Sequence record: DRR378314_166
DNA length: 64,000 nucleotides
Reading direction: 5' to 3' (one strand)
In this document: positions 1 through 10,110 of the stretch, piece by piece
Layout of the letters: each line of letters opens with the position of its first letter
Numbering within the stretch: the first letter of the stretch is position 1
The notes under the pieces: generated by a model
Told to the model about the DNA's origin: nothing
The model's database searches: none
What the model saw: only the letters and a program-made list of their open reading frames with translations
Position numbers and translations under genes: made by a program

Positions 1-56
1 GAGCAGATCGCTAAACGCGGCTGAAAAAAAGGGATGCCAAGTCTACTGGCAATGAT

Positions 57-87
57 GAAAAGGCGAGCCGATACCGCTCGCCTTTTT
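57..87 (+). terminator. Rho-independent terminator after an upstream gene that probably ends at nt 24
   Basis: aaaaggcgagc-cgatacc-gctcgccttttt hairpin with T-tract. Confidence 0.7.
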
Positions 88-152
88 AGGTTTTGCTTGA
101 GAGTTCCAAAAGATAAGTTGTTCAAATATCAGTGATCTGATGAAATGACGAG

Positions 153-1274
153 ATGAGCCGACTTACCATTCAGATCAGTATTCTCCTTTTCAGCCTTTTG
201 GGTGTCATCCCATTGGGTGCAGCGGCAGAGACTACACCCTCTCAAACGTTCGCGTCATTGACCGTTAGCCGGGAAGCAAAACCTATTCAGATATTCAATG
301 GGGATTCTTCTCATCACTTAAAAAATGTCTTATTGACCGTTCGAAAGAAGGTTATCGATATTGAGATGGAGGCAAAGGGGCGCTGCGCCCCTGACCGGAC
401 GGAGACAAATATTTCGATCAAGGGCTGGTTCTTATCCGAGGTATCCCTTGGACTTGGCTCTGCCAAGGACAGTTATTGGAGCCAGCAACTGTATCAAGGA
501 GATGATATTGAGAGAGTGGAATATGAGGGCAAAACCCAATTGACAGTTGGTGGCGGTTTGTTGGCCGGGACAGTCGATCGATTGCACGTGCTAGAGACAT
601 TTCGCGATCTCTTGAAAAAAAAGGCGCGGTCCAAAGGCACCCAGTTGGCGTTTCTAAGAAAAGATCAACAATTTCAGTATCCGGTTCCGCTCCGCCTTGA
701 AATTATCTGCAGTCATTTTGATCGGAACAAAATAACCCAAAAGACAGAAATCCTGGGACGAACAAGTCAGGTGCTTCTGAAAGAGGTGGATGTTCCGGTG
801 GAGTATGACCGGGATCCGTTGCTGCAGGCGCAAAACCTGAAACCCCTAAAGTTGCGCGGGGCTGCTGATACGGCATTTACCCGTCCGCAAAATTTGTTTT
901 TCCAATTGAAAACTGCTGAAATCCTCTCCGGTCCGAGAAATCTCCGGGGGGCCTGTCCACTGACAGCAGAATTTCGCTTGAAAATAACCGGAGTAGGGGA
1001 CGGACTGGTTCAGCTGCGGGCCCGGCGCGGGCGTGAACTTTTGTATGAAGGGCCAGAGCAGGCACTTGCAGAGGAGCCGCAAGAGCAGCGGATTGTCCTG
1101 CCTGTGACGCGGCCGGAGGGTGTTGCGGACTATCAGCAGTTTTTACAGAAGGTTGAGTTTGAAGTTCGCGCAAAGCCCAAATCACAGGCGTCGTCCCGAC
1201 TTTATCCGCTGAGAAAAAAGATCGCGCCTTATCTATGGCAGGCGAGCTGTATTACCATTGAGGAAAAGAGATAA
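153..1274 (+). CDS. Hypothetical secreted protein
   Basis: 373-aa ORF with N-terminal signal peptide (LLFSLLGVIPLGAAA); no recognised family. Confidence 0.7.
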   Translation: MSRLTIQISILLFSLLGVIPLGAAAETTPSQTFASLTVSREAKPIQIFNGDSSHHLKNVLLTVRKKVIDIEMEAKGRCAPDRTETNISIKGWFLSEVSLGLGSAKDSYWSQQLYQGDDIERVEYEGKTQLTVGGGLLAGTVDRLHVLETFRDLLKKKARSKGTQLAFLRKDQQFQYPVPLRLEIICSHFDRNKITQKTEILGRTSQVLLKEVDVPVEYDRDPLLQAQNLKPLKLRGAADTAFTRPQNLFFQLKTAEILSGPRNLRGACPLTAEFRLKITGVGDGLVQLRARRGRELLYEGPEQALAEEPQEQRIVLPVTRPEGVADYQQFLQKVEFEVRAKPKSQASSRLYPLRKKIAPYLWQASCITIEEKR

Positions 1275-1354
1275 GGAAGGTTTGCGAAGCCCCGGTTTTT
1301 AAACTAGCCTTCAGAAAAGGCGTATTATAAAAATTAAGAAAAAGGGAGGCCATA

Positions 1355-1966
1355 GTGTCAACGCTTGAGTTTTTTTTCGATTGTTCCAGTCCATGGACGT
1401 ATCTGGGGTTTGAAGGGTTGCAGGATCTGTTGACCCGACATCCGGATCTTGAGGTGATTTACCGGCCCATTCTGGTCGGCGGTGTATTTAATTCGGTCAA
1501 TCCGTCTGTTTATGCAAATCGGGAAAACCCGGTTCCGGCCAAACAGATTTATTCCCGCAAGGACATGAAAGACTGGGCCGATCTGACCGGCATCGAAATT
1601 GGTCAGCCGCCGGTCTTTCCCGTCAACAGCGTTAAAGCCATGCGCGGTGCCTTTGTCGCGATTGAGGAGGGTTGTCTCGTTGCTTATGCGCGGGCCGTGT
1701 TCAAACGTTATTGGACTGATCTGCAAGATATCTCCCAACCCGATATCCTGGCGGATATCGTCAAATCGGTGGGAATGGATGACGCTGCGTTTTTTGAGAA
1801 GATCAACGACCAGGCCTATAAAGACAAGTTGAAAGACGCCACTCAGGAAGTGATCGACCGCGGCGGGTTTGGCTCGCCAACCCTCTTTTTGGACCGCACA
1901 GATATGTATTTTGGCAATGACCGGCTGCAATTGATCGAAGCCAAGCTGAACGGGAGCCGGGCATGA
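1355..1966 (+). CDS. 2-hydroxychromene-2-carboxylate isomerase / DsbA-like (kappa GST) protein
   Basis: FFFDCSSPWTYL and GGFGSPTLF..YFGNDRL motifs; GGGAGG RBS before GTG. Confidence 0.9.
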   Translation: MSTLEFFFDCSSPWTYLGFEGLQDLLTRHPDLEVIYRPILVGGVFNSVNPSVYANRENPVPAKQIYSRKDMKDWADLTGIEIGQPPVFPVNSVKAMRGAFVAIEEGCLVAYARAVFKRYWTDLQDISQPDILADIVKSVGMDDAAFFEKINDQAYKDKLKDATQEVIDRGGFGSPTLFLDRTDMYFGNDRLQLIEAKLNGSRA

Positions 1967-2658
1967 TCGATCTATATTATTGGCCGACGCCAAATGGCTG
2001 GAAAATTTCCATCGCCCTTGAGGAAATGGAACTGGATTATAAGGTCATTCCTGTGAATATCGGGCGCGGCGATCAGTTTAAGGAGGACTTCCTTAAAATC
2101 AGTCCCAATAATCGCATGCCGGCCATCGTGGATACCGAACCCGAAGATGGGGGAGAGCCAATATCGGTATTTGAAACGGGCGCTATTCTGGTGTATCTGG
2201 CCGAAAAAACCGGCAAGTTCCTGCCAAAAGATTTGCGCGGGCGTAAAACCGTCATGGAGTGGCTCATGTGGCAAATGGGCGGCCTTGGACCCATGTTGGG
2301 GCAAAATGGTCATTTCAAATTTTATGCCCCTGAAGCAATCCCTTATGCTCAGGAGCGGTACATGAACGAGGCGCTACGCCTTTTCGGCGTGTTGGATCGA
2401 CAGTTAAAAGGACAGGACTATATTTGCGGGGATTATTCGATCGCAGATATGGCGGTTTGGCCCTGGATCATTACCTATAAACGTCAGGAAATTGACCTGG
2501 ACAAGTTTCCAAATGTGCGGCGGTGGTATGATCGCCTGAAAGAACGCCCGGCACTTCGCAAGGGCTACAAGGTGGGATCAGAGTTCGGAAAACCATCCGG
2601 AAAATGGGATGACGAAGCGCGAAAGTATCTGTCCGCGCAGGCGACAGCACCGAAATAA
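1963..2658 (+). CDS. Glutathione S-transferase, YfcG/YghU (Nu class)-like
   Basis: LYYWPTPNGWK, ISPNNRMPAIVD, WQMGGLGPMLGQ motifs; ATGA overlap with upstream gene. Confidence 0.9.
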   Translation: MIDLYYWPTPNGWKISIALEEMELDYKVIPVNIGRGDQFKEDFLKISPNNRMPAIVDTEPEDGGEPISVFETGAILVYLAEKTGKFLPKDLRGRKTVMEWLMWQMGGLGPMLGQNGHFKFYAPEAIPYAQERYMNEALRLFGVLDRQLKGQDYICGDYSIADMAVWPWIITYKRQEIDLDKFPNVRRWYDRLKERPALRKGYKVGSEFGKPSGKWDDEARKYLSAQATAPK

Positions 2659-2863
2659 TATGCCTCAAAAGGTTGACAAGCCAAAATTTTATAAAAATTT
2701 AATTTAACGGTTGGTGTGACAGAAAATAAGACCTAAAGTACTGAGAAGCCGAATCGGTTCGAAGAATTGAAACGGCTTCTCGTCGCGTTATTGCGGTATA
2801 GTATTATTGGTACATAAAATGTCATCGGTGAGAAAATTTCCATCTTCGGAAGGAAAAAGAAAA

Positions 2864-4594
2864 ATGGTTGCCCCAAAGACAGAGAAGCTGTTGCGGGCGC
2901 TTTCACAAATGCAGGCTTGTCGGCACACAGGCAGTTTTTATCAGACAACTCTGTCTGAACTGTCAGCCTTATATCCCGAACTGGACTATTGCGCGTTTCT
3001 GGCAGTCTCCCCCGAAACAGGTGGGATTAAAGTGACTGCAAAGCAAGGCAAGGTGCCTGCAGATCTACCAAAATTTCAATATGCATTGCTCAAGCAGGCG
3101 CTTGAAGATCAGACTGCCGTCTTCACCGAGAATTCGGCGGCTCTCTGCCTGTCCAAAGGGGACAAAAAACTGGGCGCAATCCTGCTGCAGTCGACACGTA
3201 GCTGGGGTAGTAAGGATTTTAAACTGCTTCGTCAGCTATCCGTGAATATCACCCATGGGCTGGAAACCGTGTTGATGTTGGAGGAAACCGATGATAGCGC
3301 CTATCAGGACTCGTTGACGATCCTTGGGAACCGGGGCAGCTTCAAATCATTGGTGCAGCGGCATATCGACCGGCAAGGAGAGGGACAGCAATTTGCCCTG
3401 CTGCAATTTGTCCTGGATAACCTGGCTGAAATGAATATTGCGCTTGGCTATTCCATCGGTGATGACCTGATTTGCCGGGCTGCGGATGAACTGATCAAGC
3501 TTTTCCCCGATGCGATTGCCCTGGCACGGACATCTGGAAATGGATTTGGGGTCTGTGTGAAAATTGAAAATGAGGATGATTATCTTACGCTTCCGCATTT
3601 GATTTACGATATTTTTGATAAAAAGCTGCCGGACGTATTTGGCCTGCCGCATATCACGCCGGCCATCGGCCTCACCTGGTTCCCCGCAGAAGGTATGGCG
3701 GCGGACAAGCTCTGGAAAAATGCGGCAACGGCAATGGCAAGCGCCATGAAATCCGGCGGCAAAAGTTATTGCTTCTATGACCGGCAGATTGAAGTTGAGA
3801 TCCATGGACGGATCCGGCTTAACAAAGCCCTCCGGGAAGGGATGACGAAAAAGCAGCTATTTCTGAACTATCAGCCGCAAATCAGCTTGCAAACCGGTAA
3901 AATGGTCGGAGTTGAGGCCCTGCTGCGCTGGAAAACAGAAACGGGCAAATATGTGCCTGCTGATACCTTTATTCCGATTGCCGAAGCCTCTGGCCTGTTG
4001 GGACCAATCAGCGAATGGGTCATCCGTGAAGCCTGTTTGCAGCGGATGCGCTGGACAGCAGAAGGGGTGCCTGAATTTCCGGTGGCCGTGAATATATCCT
4101 TGAATGAATTTCAAAGTGAGGAATTCGTCAACCTGGTCCGCCGCATTTTGCAAGAGACAGGATTACCGCCAAAATTTCTGGATATTGAACTCACCGAGAG
4201 CGTCATCATGGAGGATCGCGGGCAAACCAAGATCAACATGACCCTGCTGCGTGATATGGGGGTGAGTCTCTCGATTGATGATTTTGGAACGGGCTATTCA
4301 TCGCTCAGCTACCTAAGTCATTTGCCGGCATCGGTTCTGAAGATCGATAAAAGCTTTGTTGATGGGATCCTGATCAATCAAAGCGATGCGGTTATCGCCA
4401 AGACGATTATATCGCTTGGCTATAACCTGGGCATGAAGATACTGGCTGAAGGGGTGGAAAGCCCGGAGCAAATGGAATTCCTCAAAGAAGCCGGATGCCA
4501 CGAAGCGCAGGGTTTTACCTTTTCCAAAGCGGTGACGCCAAACCTGATACCTGGATTGGCCGTAAAACAGGATTATCTCTCAAACCTTCACTAA
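2864..4594 (+). CDS. GAF-like + degenerate GGDEF + EAL c-di-GMP phosphodiesterase
   Basis: YQPQ, EALLRW, DDFGTGYSSLSYL, LKIDKSFV, AEGVE intact; GGDEF position reads SGNGF; start chosen at the ATG with RBS. Confidence 0.9.
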   Translation: MVAPKTEKLLRALSQMQACRHTGSFYQTTLSELSALYPELDYCAFLAVSPETGGIKVTAKQGKVPADLPKFQYALLKQALEDQTAVFTENSAALCLSKGDKKLGAILLQSTRSWGSKDFKLLRQLSVNITHGLETVLMLEETDDSAYQDSLTILGNRGSFKSLVQRHIDRQGEGQQFALLQFVLDNLAEMNIALGYSIGDDLICRAADELIKLFPDAIALARTSGNGFGVCVKIENEDDYLTLPHLIYDIFDKKLPDVFGLPHITPAIGLTWFPAEGMAADKLWKNAATAMASAMKSGGKSYCFYDRQIEVEIHGRIRLNKALREGMTKKQLFLNYQPQISLQTGKMVGVEALLRWKTETGKYVPADTFIPIAEASGLLGPISEWVIREACLQRMRWTAEGVPEFPVAVNISLNEFQSEEFVNLVRRILQETGLPPKFLDIELTESVIMEDRGQTKINMTLLRDMGVSLSIDDFGTGYSSLSYLSHLPASVLKIDKSFVDGILINQSDAVIAKTIISLGYNLGMKILAEGVESPEQMEFLKEAGCHEAQGFTFSKAVTPNLIPGLAVKQDYLSNLH

Positions 4595-4601
4595 GAACCG
4601 G

Positions 4602-6017
4602 TTAGCCGTCTTGGTCCGGCAGGACCTTGCCGGGGTTCATAATATTATCTGGATCAAACACCGCCTTGATTTTGCGCATAAGCTCCAGTTCCACCGGTGA
4701 CTTATAAAGCGGCAGGTCGTTCTTTTTAAGGCGGCCAATGCCATGCTCTGCACTTATGCTGCCGCGAAATTCATGGACAAGATCATGCACCGCCCGGCTG
4801 ATTTCTGACCATTTCGCCAGATAGGCGTCTTTATCCATATCTGCTGGTTGCAATGGGTTGTAATGAAGGTTGCCATCTCCCAGATGCCCAAAAGTGACGG
4901 GGCGAAACCCCGGTGCAATGGCTTCTACTGCTTTGTCTGCCTGTGTAATGAATTCTGGGATTTTTGCAATCGGCACAGAAATATCATGTTTGATGGAGCC
5001 ACCCTCCGGCTTTTGTGCGGCGGAAATTTCCTCTCGCAACTGCCAAAGTTTATTTTGCTGGGACAGGCTTTCGGGGATAATGGCATCCAGAATAATGCTA
5101 TCTTCAAAGCCTTGCTCCAGAATCTGTTCCATCAATCCTTTCAGATCTTTCGTCGCACTGGAGGAAAGTTCGATCAACACCTGCCAGTCGTAGCGGGCGG
5201 GCATGGGATCTGAAAAATCCGGGATATTTTTGACCACCAGATCAATGGCTATTCGGGGGATCAATTCAAGGGCGGTGACCTGATCGCCGCTCATCCCGCG
5301 GGCAAGCCCGAGCAGCCGGATTGCCGCCGGTACATCAGCAACAGCGACCATGGCGATTTGCTGGTATTTGGGACGGGGATACATTTTCACAACTGCACCT
5401 GTCACAATGCCAAGAGTTCCTTCCCCGCCAATAAAAAGCTGTTTCAGGTCATAGCCTGTATTGTCCTTACGAAGACTGGTCAGCCCGTTCCAGATATCCC
5501 CGTTCGGCAGGACAACTTCCAGGCCGAGGATCTGGTCACGGGTATTGCCATAATGAAGGACCTGAACCCCACCAGCGTTTGTGGAAATATTGCCGCCAAT
5601 CTGGCAGGTTCCCTCTGATCCGATACGAAGGGGAAACATATGATCATTGTCTTCGGCAATTTTCTGAAGATCGGCGAGGACACAACCGGCATCAATGGTC
5701 AAGGTACTGCCCGTCACATCCACTTCACGGATCTTGTTCATCCGTTTGAGGGAGATGATAACCTCATCCCCACCGTCAAAAGGAATGCCGCCACCAACGA
5801 GACTGGTATTGCCGCCTTGCGGAACAATGGAGGTTTTGTGCCGGGCACAGATTTTGACAATTTCGGCGACTTCTTCTGTTGTTTGAGGCAGCACGACGGC
5901 GAAGGCTGTCCCTTCATATTTATCGCGCCATTCGGTTAGATACCCCTGCATATCCTCTGAATTTGTGAGCACGGCTTTGGCGCCGACAACAGATTGAAAT
6001 TCTTCGATTATGGACAT
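4602..6017 (-). CDS. FAD-binding oxidoreductase, D-2-hydroxyglutarate/D-lactate dehydrogenase-like
   Basis: PQGGNTSLVGG, GGNISTNAGG, RKDNTGYDLK, SAEHGIG motifs. Confidence 0.9.
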   Translation of the reverse strand: MSIIEEFQSVVGAKAVLTNSEDMQGYLTEWRDKYEGTAFAVVLPQTTEEVAEIVKICARHKTSIVPQGGNTSLVGGGIPFDGGDEVIISLKRMNKIREVDVTGSTLTIDAGCVLADLQKIAEDNDHMFPLRIGSEGTCQIGGNISTNAGGVQVLHYGNTRDQILGLEVVLPNGDIWNGLTSLRKDNTGYDLKQLFIGGEGTLGIVTGAVVKMYPRPKYQQIAMVAVADVPAAIRLLGLARGMSGDQVTALELIPRIAIDLVVKNIPDFSDPMPARYDWQVLIELSSSATKDLKGLMEQILEQGFEDSIILDAIIPESLSQQNKLWQLREEISAAQKPEGGSIKHDISVPIAKIPEFITQADKAVEAIAPGFRPVTFGHLGDGNLHYNPLQPADMDKDAYLAKWSEISRAVHDLVHEFRGSISAEHGIGRLKKNDLPLYKSPVELELMRKIKAVFDPDNIMNPGKVLPDQDG

Positions 6018-6019
6018 TT

Positions 6020-6982
6020 TTAAGACCCCCTTGGTGCCGCCGCGCGTTGTAATCGGTCGTTAATGGCGACCCCCAATCCCTGATGCGGAATGGAGGCAAC
6101 GGCTATTGTTTTAGGTTTAATTTTATCAAGTTCATGGAACATCGAAAAGAGATTTGCTGTGGCTTCTTTTAAGTTGCTGGACGGGCTCAGGTTTAGTGTC
6201 TCAAACTCTTCGCTGCCGGATCCAAAACCCAGAAACGCCTCTCCGTCGTTTTTGGTCGTAGCGTCCAGGCGAACCGGACAGGCAGGGGCATAATGACTGA
6301 GCATCATCCCCGGACTGCTGATTTCACTGTCTTGACTTGCCACGTCAACCACTTCACCTGTGATGTCCTGTAGATCTTCCTTTGTAATGCCGCCGGGGCG
6401 CAGCAGAGTGATCTTTCCTTCCTTGATGGCGATAACGGTACTTTCCACTCCCACCTCTGCAGGGCCGCCATCCAGAATAAGACTGACCTTATCCCCCAGA
6501 CCGGCCTTCACATGGGCTGCCGTAGTGGGGCTGATCTGGCCCGATGGGTTTGCGCTTGGCGCGGCCACCGGACAGGCGCAGGCACGCAGCAGGGCGTTGG
6601 CAATCGGGTGGGCCGGAATACGAACTGCCAAGGTGGAAAGTCCCGCGCTCGCCAGTTTTGAGATGGGACAGGTGTCCCTTCTGGGCAACACCATCGTTAG
6701 TGGTCCCGGCCAAAAAAGGTTGGCAATTGCCAGTGCCTGAGGGTCGAATTCGACCAGCCCTTGCGCGGCCTCCAGGGTCGGGACATGAACGATGAGAGGA
6801 TTGAATGACGGACGGCCTTTGGCTTCGAAGATACTGGCGACCGCTACGTCATTTGTAGCGTCCGCACCCAGGCCATAAACGGTTTCGGTAGAGAAGGACA
6901 CAAGCTTGCCTGAATTGAGCAGCTTTGCGGCTTCGCGGATTGACGCGGGCGACGGTTTTTTGACGTTATCCGTTTCAGACAT
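6020..6982 (-). CDS. sua5: L-threonylcarbamoyladenylate synthase (Sua5 type)
   Basis: TETVYGLGADA, KGRPSFNPLIVH, APSANPSG, SPGM..SHYAP and C-terminal SUA5 domain. Confidence 0.93.
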   Translation of the reverse strand: MSETDNVKKPSPASIREAAKLLNSGKLVSFSTETVYGLGADATNDVAVASIFEAKGRPSFNPLIVHVPTLEAAQGLVEFDPQALAIANLFWPGPLTMVLPRRDTCPISKLASAGLSTLAVRIPAHPIANALLRACACPVAAPSANPSGQISPTTAAHVKAGLGDKVSLILDGGPAEVGVESTVIAIKEGKITLLRPGGITKEDLQDITGEVVDVASQDSEISSPGMMLSHYAPACPVRLDATTKNDGEAFLGFGSGSEEFETLNLSPSSNLKEATANLFSMFHELDKIKPKTIAVASIPHQGLGVAINDRLQRAAAPRGS

Positions 6983-7106
6983 ACATACCTTAGGGAAGCA
7001 AATTAGAAATCAGCCGAAAACAGGCATAAATCACTTTTTTTTGGATGCTGTAATATGGCATAACAGCTCCAATACTGATAAGCAAATTTTGAAAAGGAAT
7101 TTGGAA

Positions 7107-8906
7107 ATGGGCGAATATAGCGCACCACTCAAGGATATGAGCTTTGTCCTCAATCATGTCGTCGGGGTTGATGAATTGGCCAAGATGGACACATTTGCTC
7201 ATGCAGAAAGTGATGTTGTTGCCGCCGTGCTGGAAGAAGCGTCAAAACTGGCAGGCAATGTTCTCTCTCCGCTCAATAAATCGGGTGATTTAGCAGGCAC
7301 ATCCGTTGCCGATGGTGTGGTGACGTCGCCCGATGGCTGGGCTGATGCATACGCTCAGTTTGCCGAAGGCGGCTGGAACGGTGTTGCCGGTCCAGAGGCT
7401 TATGGCGGCGGTGGGATGCCGCAAGCGGTCGCGCTGGCCACCGTTGAGATGTGGAATTCTTCCAATCTTGCCTTCGCCCTCTGTCCTTTGCTCACTCAAG
7501 GGGCAATTGAGAGCCTGATTGCCCATGGAACTGACGAGCAGAAAGAAAAATACCTGGAAAAACTGGTGACCGGTGAATGGACAGCGACCATGAACCTGAC
7601 TGAAAACCAGGCAGGTTCCGATGTGGGGGCCCTGCGCACCAAAGCCGAACCGGCAGAGGATGGAAGCTGGCGGATCAGCGGCCAGAAAATCTTCATCACT
7701 TACGGCGAACATGAGATGACGGATAATATCGTTCATCTGGTTCTTGCCCGTACTCCTGGCTCACCTGAGGGGACAAGAGGGATTTCATTGTTCATCGTGC
7801 CAAAATTTCTGGTCAATGAGGATGGATCTTTGGGCGCGCGTAATGATCTGACTTGCGTGTCGGTCGAAGAGAAAATCGGTATTCATGCCAGCCCGACCTG
7901 TGTCATGTCTTATGGCGATAATGGCAATTGTGTTGGCTATCTGATCGGCGGTGAAAACAAGGGCATGGCCTGCATGTTCACCATGATGAACAGTGCCCGT
8001 TTGAACGTCGGCCTGCAAGGCCTGGCAATTGCGGAGCGGGCTTATCAGCAGTCTGTAGAATATGCCCTTGATCGCAAACAGGGCCGGGCCGTTGGAACAC
8101 CGAAGGGCGAAAGTGCGGCGATTGTCAAACATGCGGATGTGCGCCGGATGCTGATGACCATGCGCGCACAGATTGAGGCGATGCGTTGCCTTGTATATCT
8201 CAACGGTGCTGCCCTTGATAAAGGTCACAATCACCCCGATGAGGAGGTGCGGAATGCCAATATGGGCCTTGCCGAATTGCTGACGCCGCTGTCCAAAGCC
8301 TGGTGTACCGATCTTGGGGTGGAGCTGTCTTCAACAGCTGTGCAAATTCATGGCGGTATGGGCTTCATAGAGGAAACCGGTGTTGGCCAATATTACCGGG
8401 ACTCCCGTATTCTGCCAATTTATGAAGGTACAAATGGTATCCAGGCGCTGGATCTGGTTGGGCGAAAACTGGGATTGCAGGGCGGTGAGCCGGTTCGCAC
8501 CTTGCTTGCGGAAATGGATGAGCTGGCCCATAAGCTGAACGGCGAAAATGAAGATCTTAAAATCATTTCCCGCCAGTTGGGTGTCGCGGTAACCGCACTG
8601 AACGAAGCCACTGACTGGATGTATCGGAATGCGCCAAATGATCCAAACGCGGCGCCTGCCGGTGCAACGCCCTATCTTCGGATGTTTGCAACGACAGTTG
8701 GCGGCTATCTGCTCGCCAAATCCGCGGTAAAAGCGCAGGAATTACTGGATGCTGGTGACAGCGATACCAAATTCCTCAACGCCAAGATCACCACTGCCAA
8801 GTTTTTTGCAACTCAAATCCTGCCGCAGGTTGCTGCCCTATTGGGGCCTGTGACCGAAGGGGCTGATTTGCTGTTTGCGATTGATGAAGAAGATCTGGTT
8901 GCCTGA
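7107..8906 (+). CDS. Acyl-CoA dehydrogenase, DmdC-like subfamily
   Basis: TMNLTE..AGSD, KIFITYGEH, HGGMGFIEETG, IYEGTNGIQA motifs; start set at the ATG after the AAGGA RBS rather than the ORF-track start at 6906. Confidence 0.9.
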   Translation: MGEYSAPLKDMSFVLNHVVGVDELAKMDTFAHAESDVVAAVLEEASKLAGNVLSPLNKSGDLAGTSVADGVVTSPDGWADAYAQFAEGGWNGVAGPEAYGGGGMPQAVALATVEMWNSSNLAFALCPLLTQGAIESLIAHGTDEQKEKYLEKLVTGEWTATMNLTENQAGSDVGALRTKAEPAEDGSWRISGQKIFITYGEHEMTDNIVHLVLARTPGSPEGTRGISLFIVPKFLVNEDGSLGARNDLTCVSVEEKIGIHASPTCVMSYGDNGNCVGYLIGGENKGMACMFTMMNSARLNVGLQGLAIAERAYQQSVEYALDRKQGRAVGTPKGESAAIVKHADVRRMLMTMRAQIEAMRCLVYLNGAALDKGHNHPDEEVRNANMGLAELLTPLSKAWCTDLGVELSSTAVQIHGGMGFIEETGVGQYYRDSRILPIYEGTNGIQALDLVGRKLGLQGGEPVRTLLAEMDELAHKLNGENEDLKIISRQLGVAVTALNEATDWMYRNAPNDPNAAPAGATPYLRMFATTVGGYLLAKSAVKAQELLDAGDSDTKFLNAKITTAKFFATQILPQVAALLGPVTEGADLLFAIDEEDLVA

Positions 8907-9006
8907 TCAGAGGTTGAGTTGACCTTTTCCGTCAACGCTTTAAACTAGATGAAAAATTGGTATGGCGGCTTTAAAGCCGCCATAACCGTTTGTGTCAGGA
9001 CTAAAA

Positions 9007-10068
9007 ATGAATAATAAACAAGAAATAACCTATCCACTCGGCACACGTCCCGGAAATGGTGAAGTTCTCGAAGTCTGTGAAGGTGTCTACTGGGTCAGAA
9101 TGCCGATCCCGTTCAAAGGGCTGGATTTCATCAACCTGTATCTGATTGAGGATGATGAGGGCTGGACGATGATCGATTCCGGCTATAATTCCGAGGAAAT
9201 CAAAACCCTCTGGACTGAGGTTTTTGAAACCCATTTGAAGGGGAAACCGATAACCCGGTTGATCTGCACTCACTTTCATCCCGATCATCTGGGGTTGGCC
9301 GGTTGGGTTTGTGAACAGTGGGGAATTCCGCTGACTATGACCCTTGGGGAGTTTGCCTTTGGTCGCATGCTGTATCTGGAATCAGGTGGCGACGTGCCGG
9401 AGAATTTGATCAATTTTAATCGGAAAGTTGGGTTTACCGAGAGTATGCTCGATGCGGTGCGAAAGGGCGGTTATGGCTTTTTCAAGAAAGCCGTTTATGA
9501 ATTACCCGCCGGTTTTGAACGGATTGAGAATGATCAGTTGATTACCATCGGTGGTCATGACTGGCAGGTGATTGTCGGGCGGGGTCACTCGCAGGAGCAT
9601 GCCTGCCTTTATTGCAAAGCCAAAGGGGTGCTGATCTCCGGAGATCAGGTGCTACCGAGGATTACGCCTCATGTGGGTGTTTATGTGGCAGAGCCGCTGG
9701 CCAATCCATTGCAGAAATTTTTGAGGAGCATCAATACCCTTGCCATATTGCCAGAGGAAACACTGGTGCTTCCTGCCCATAACGATGTGTTCGTCGGTCT
9801 GCATAACCAGTTGATTTATTATCGCGATCACCATGGTGAACGGCTGGAGCGGCTTAAGAGCGCCTGTGGCACTCCCAAAACCGCGTTTGAGCTGTTACCG
9901 GTGTTGTTTGAGCGGGAGCTCAATGAAAATGATCAGCGGCTGGCTGTCGCCGAAGGGCTTGCCCATTGCCACTATCTGGTCGGAACCGGGGAACTTGACC
10001 GTCTTGTCGGCGAAGATGGTGTCTGGCGATTTCAGATTGCTCGGGATGTCAAAACTGCTGTAGCATAA
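9007..10068 (+). CDS. MBL-fold metallo-hydrolase
   Basis: THFHPDH metal motif, GRGHS, SGDQVLP, PAH. Confidence 0.9.
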   Translation: MNNKQEITYPLGTRPGNGEVLEVCEGVYWVRMPIPFKGLDFINLYLIEDDEGWTMIDSGYNSEEIKTLWTEVFETHLKGKPITRLICTHFHPDHLGLAGWVCEQWGIPLTMTLGEFAFGRMLYLESGGDVPENLINFNRKVGFTESMLDAVRKGGYGFFKKAVYELPAGFERIENDQLITIGGHDWQVIVGRGHSQEHACLYCKAKGVLISGDQVLPRITPHVGVYVAEPLANPLQKFLRSINTLAILPEETLVLPAHNDVFVGLHNQLIYYRDHHGERLERLKSACGTPKTAFELLPVLFERELNENDQRLAVAEGLAHCHYLVGTGELDRLVGEDGVWRFQIARDVKTAVA

Positions 10069-10110
10069 CACCAGAAAATTTGGTCAATAATAACGAAAAA
10101 GGAGACCTCT

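Noticed and set aside
6906-7106. Extended N-terminus of the acyl-CoA dehydrogenase given in the ORF track
   Set aside because: It overlaps the divergent sua5 gene and its promoter; recognisable sequence and an RBS begin at ATG 7107
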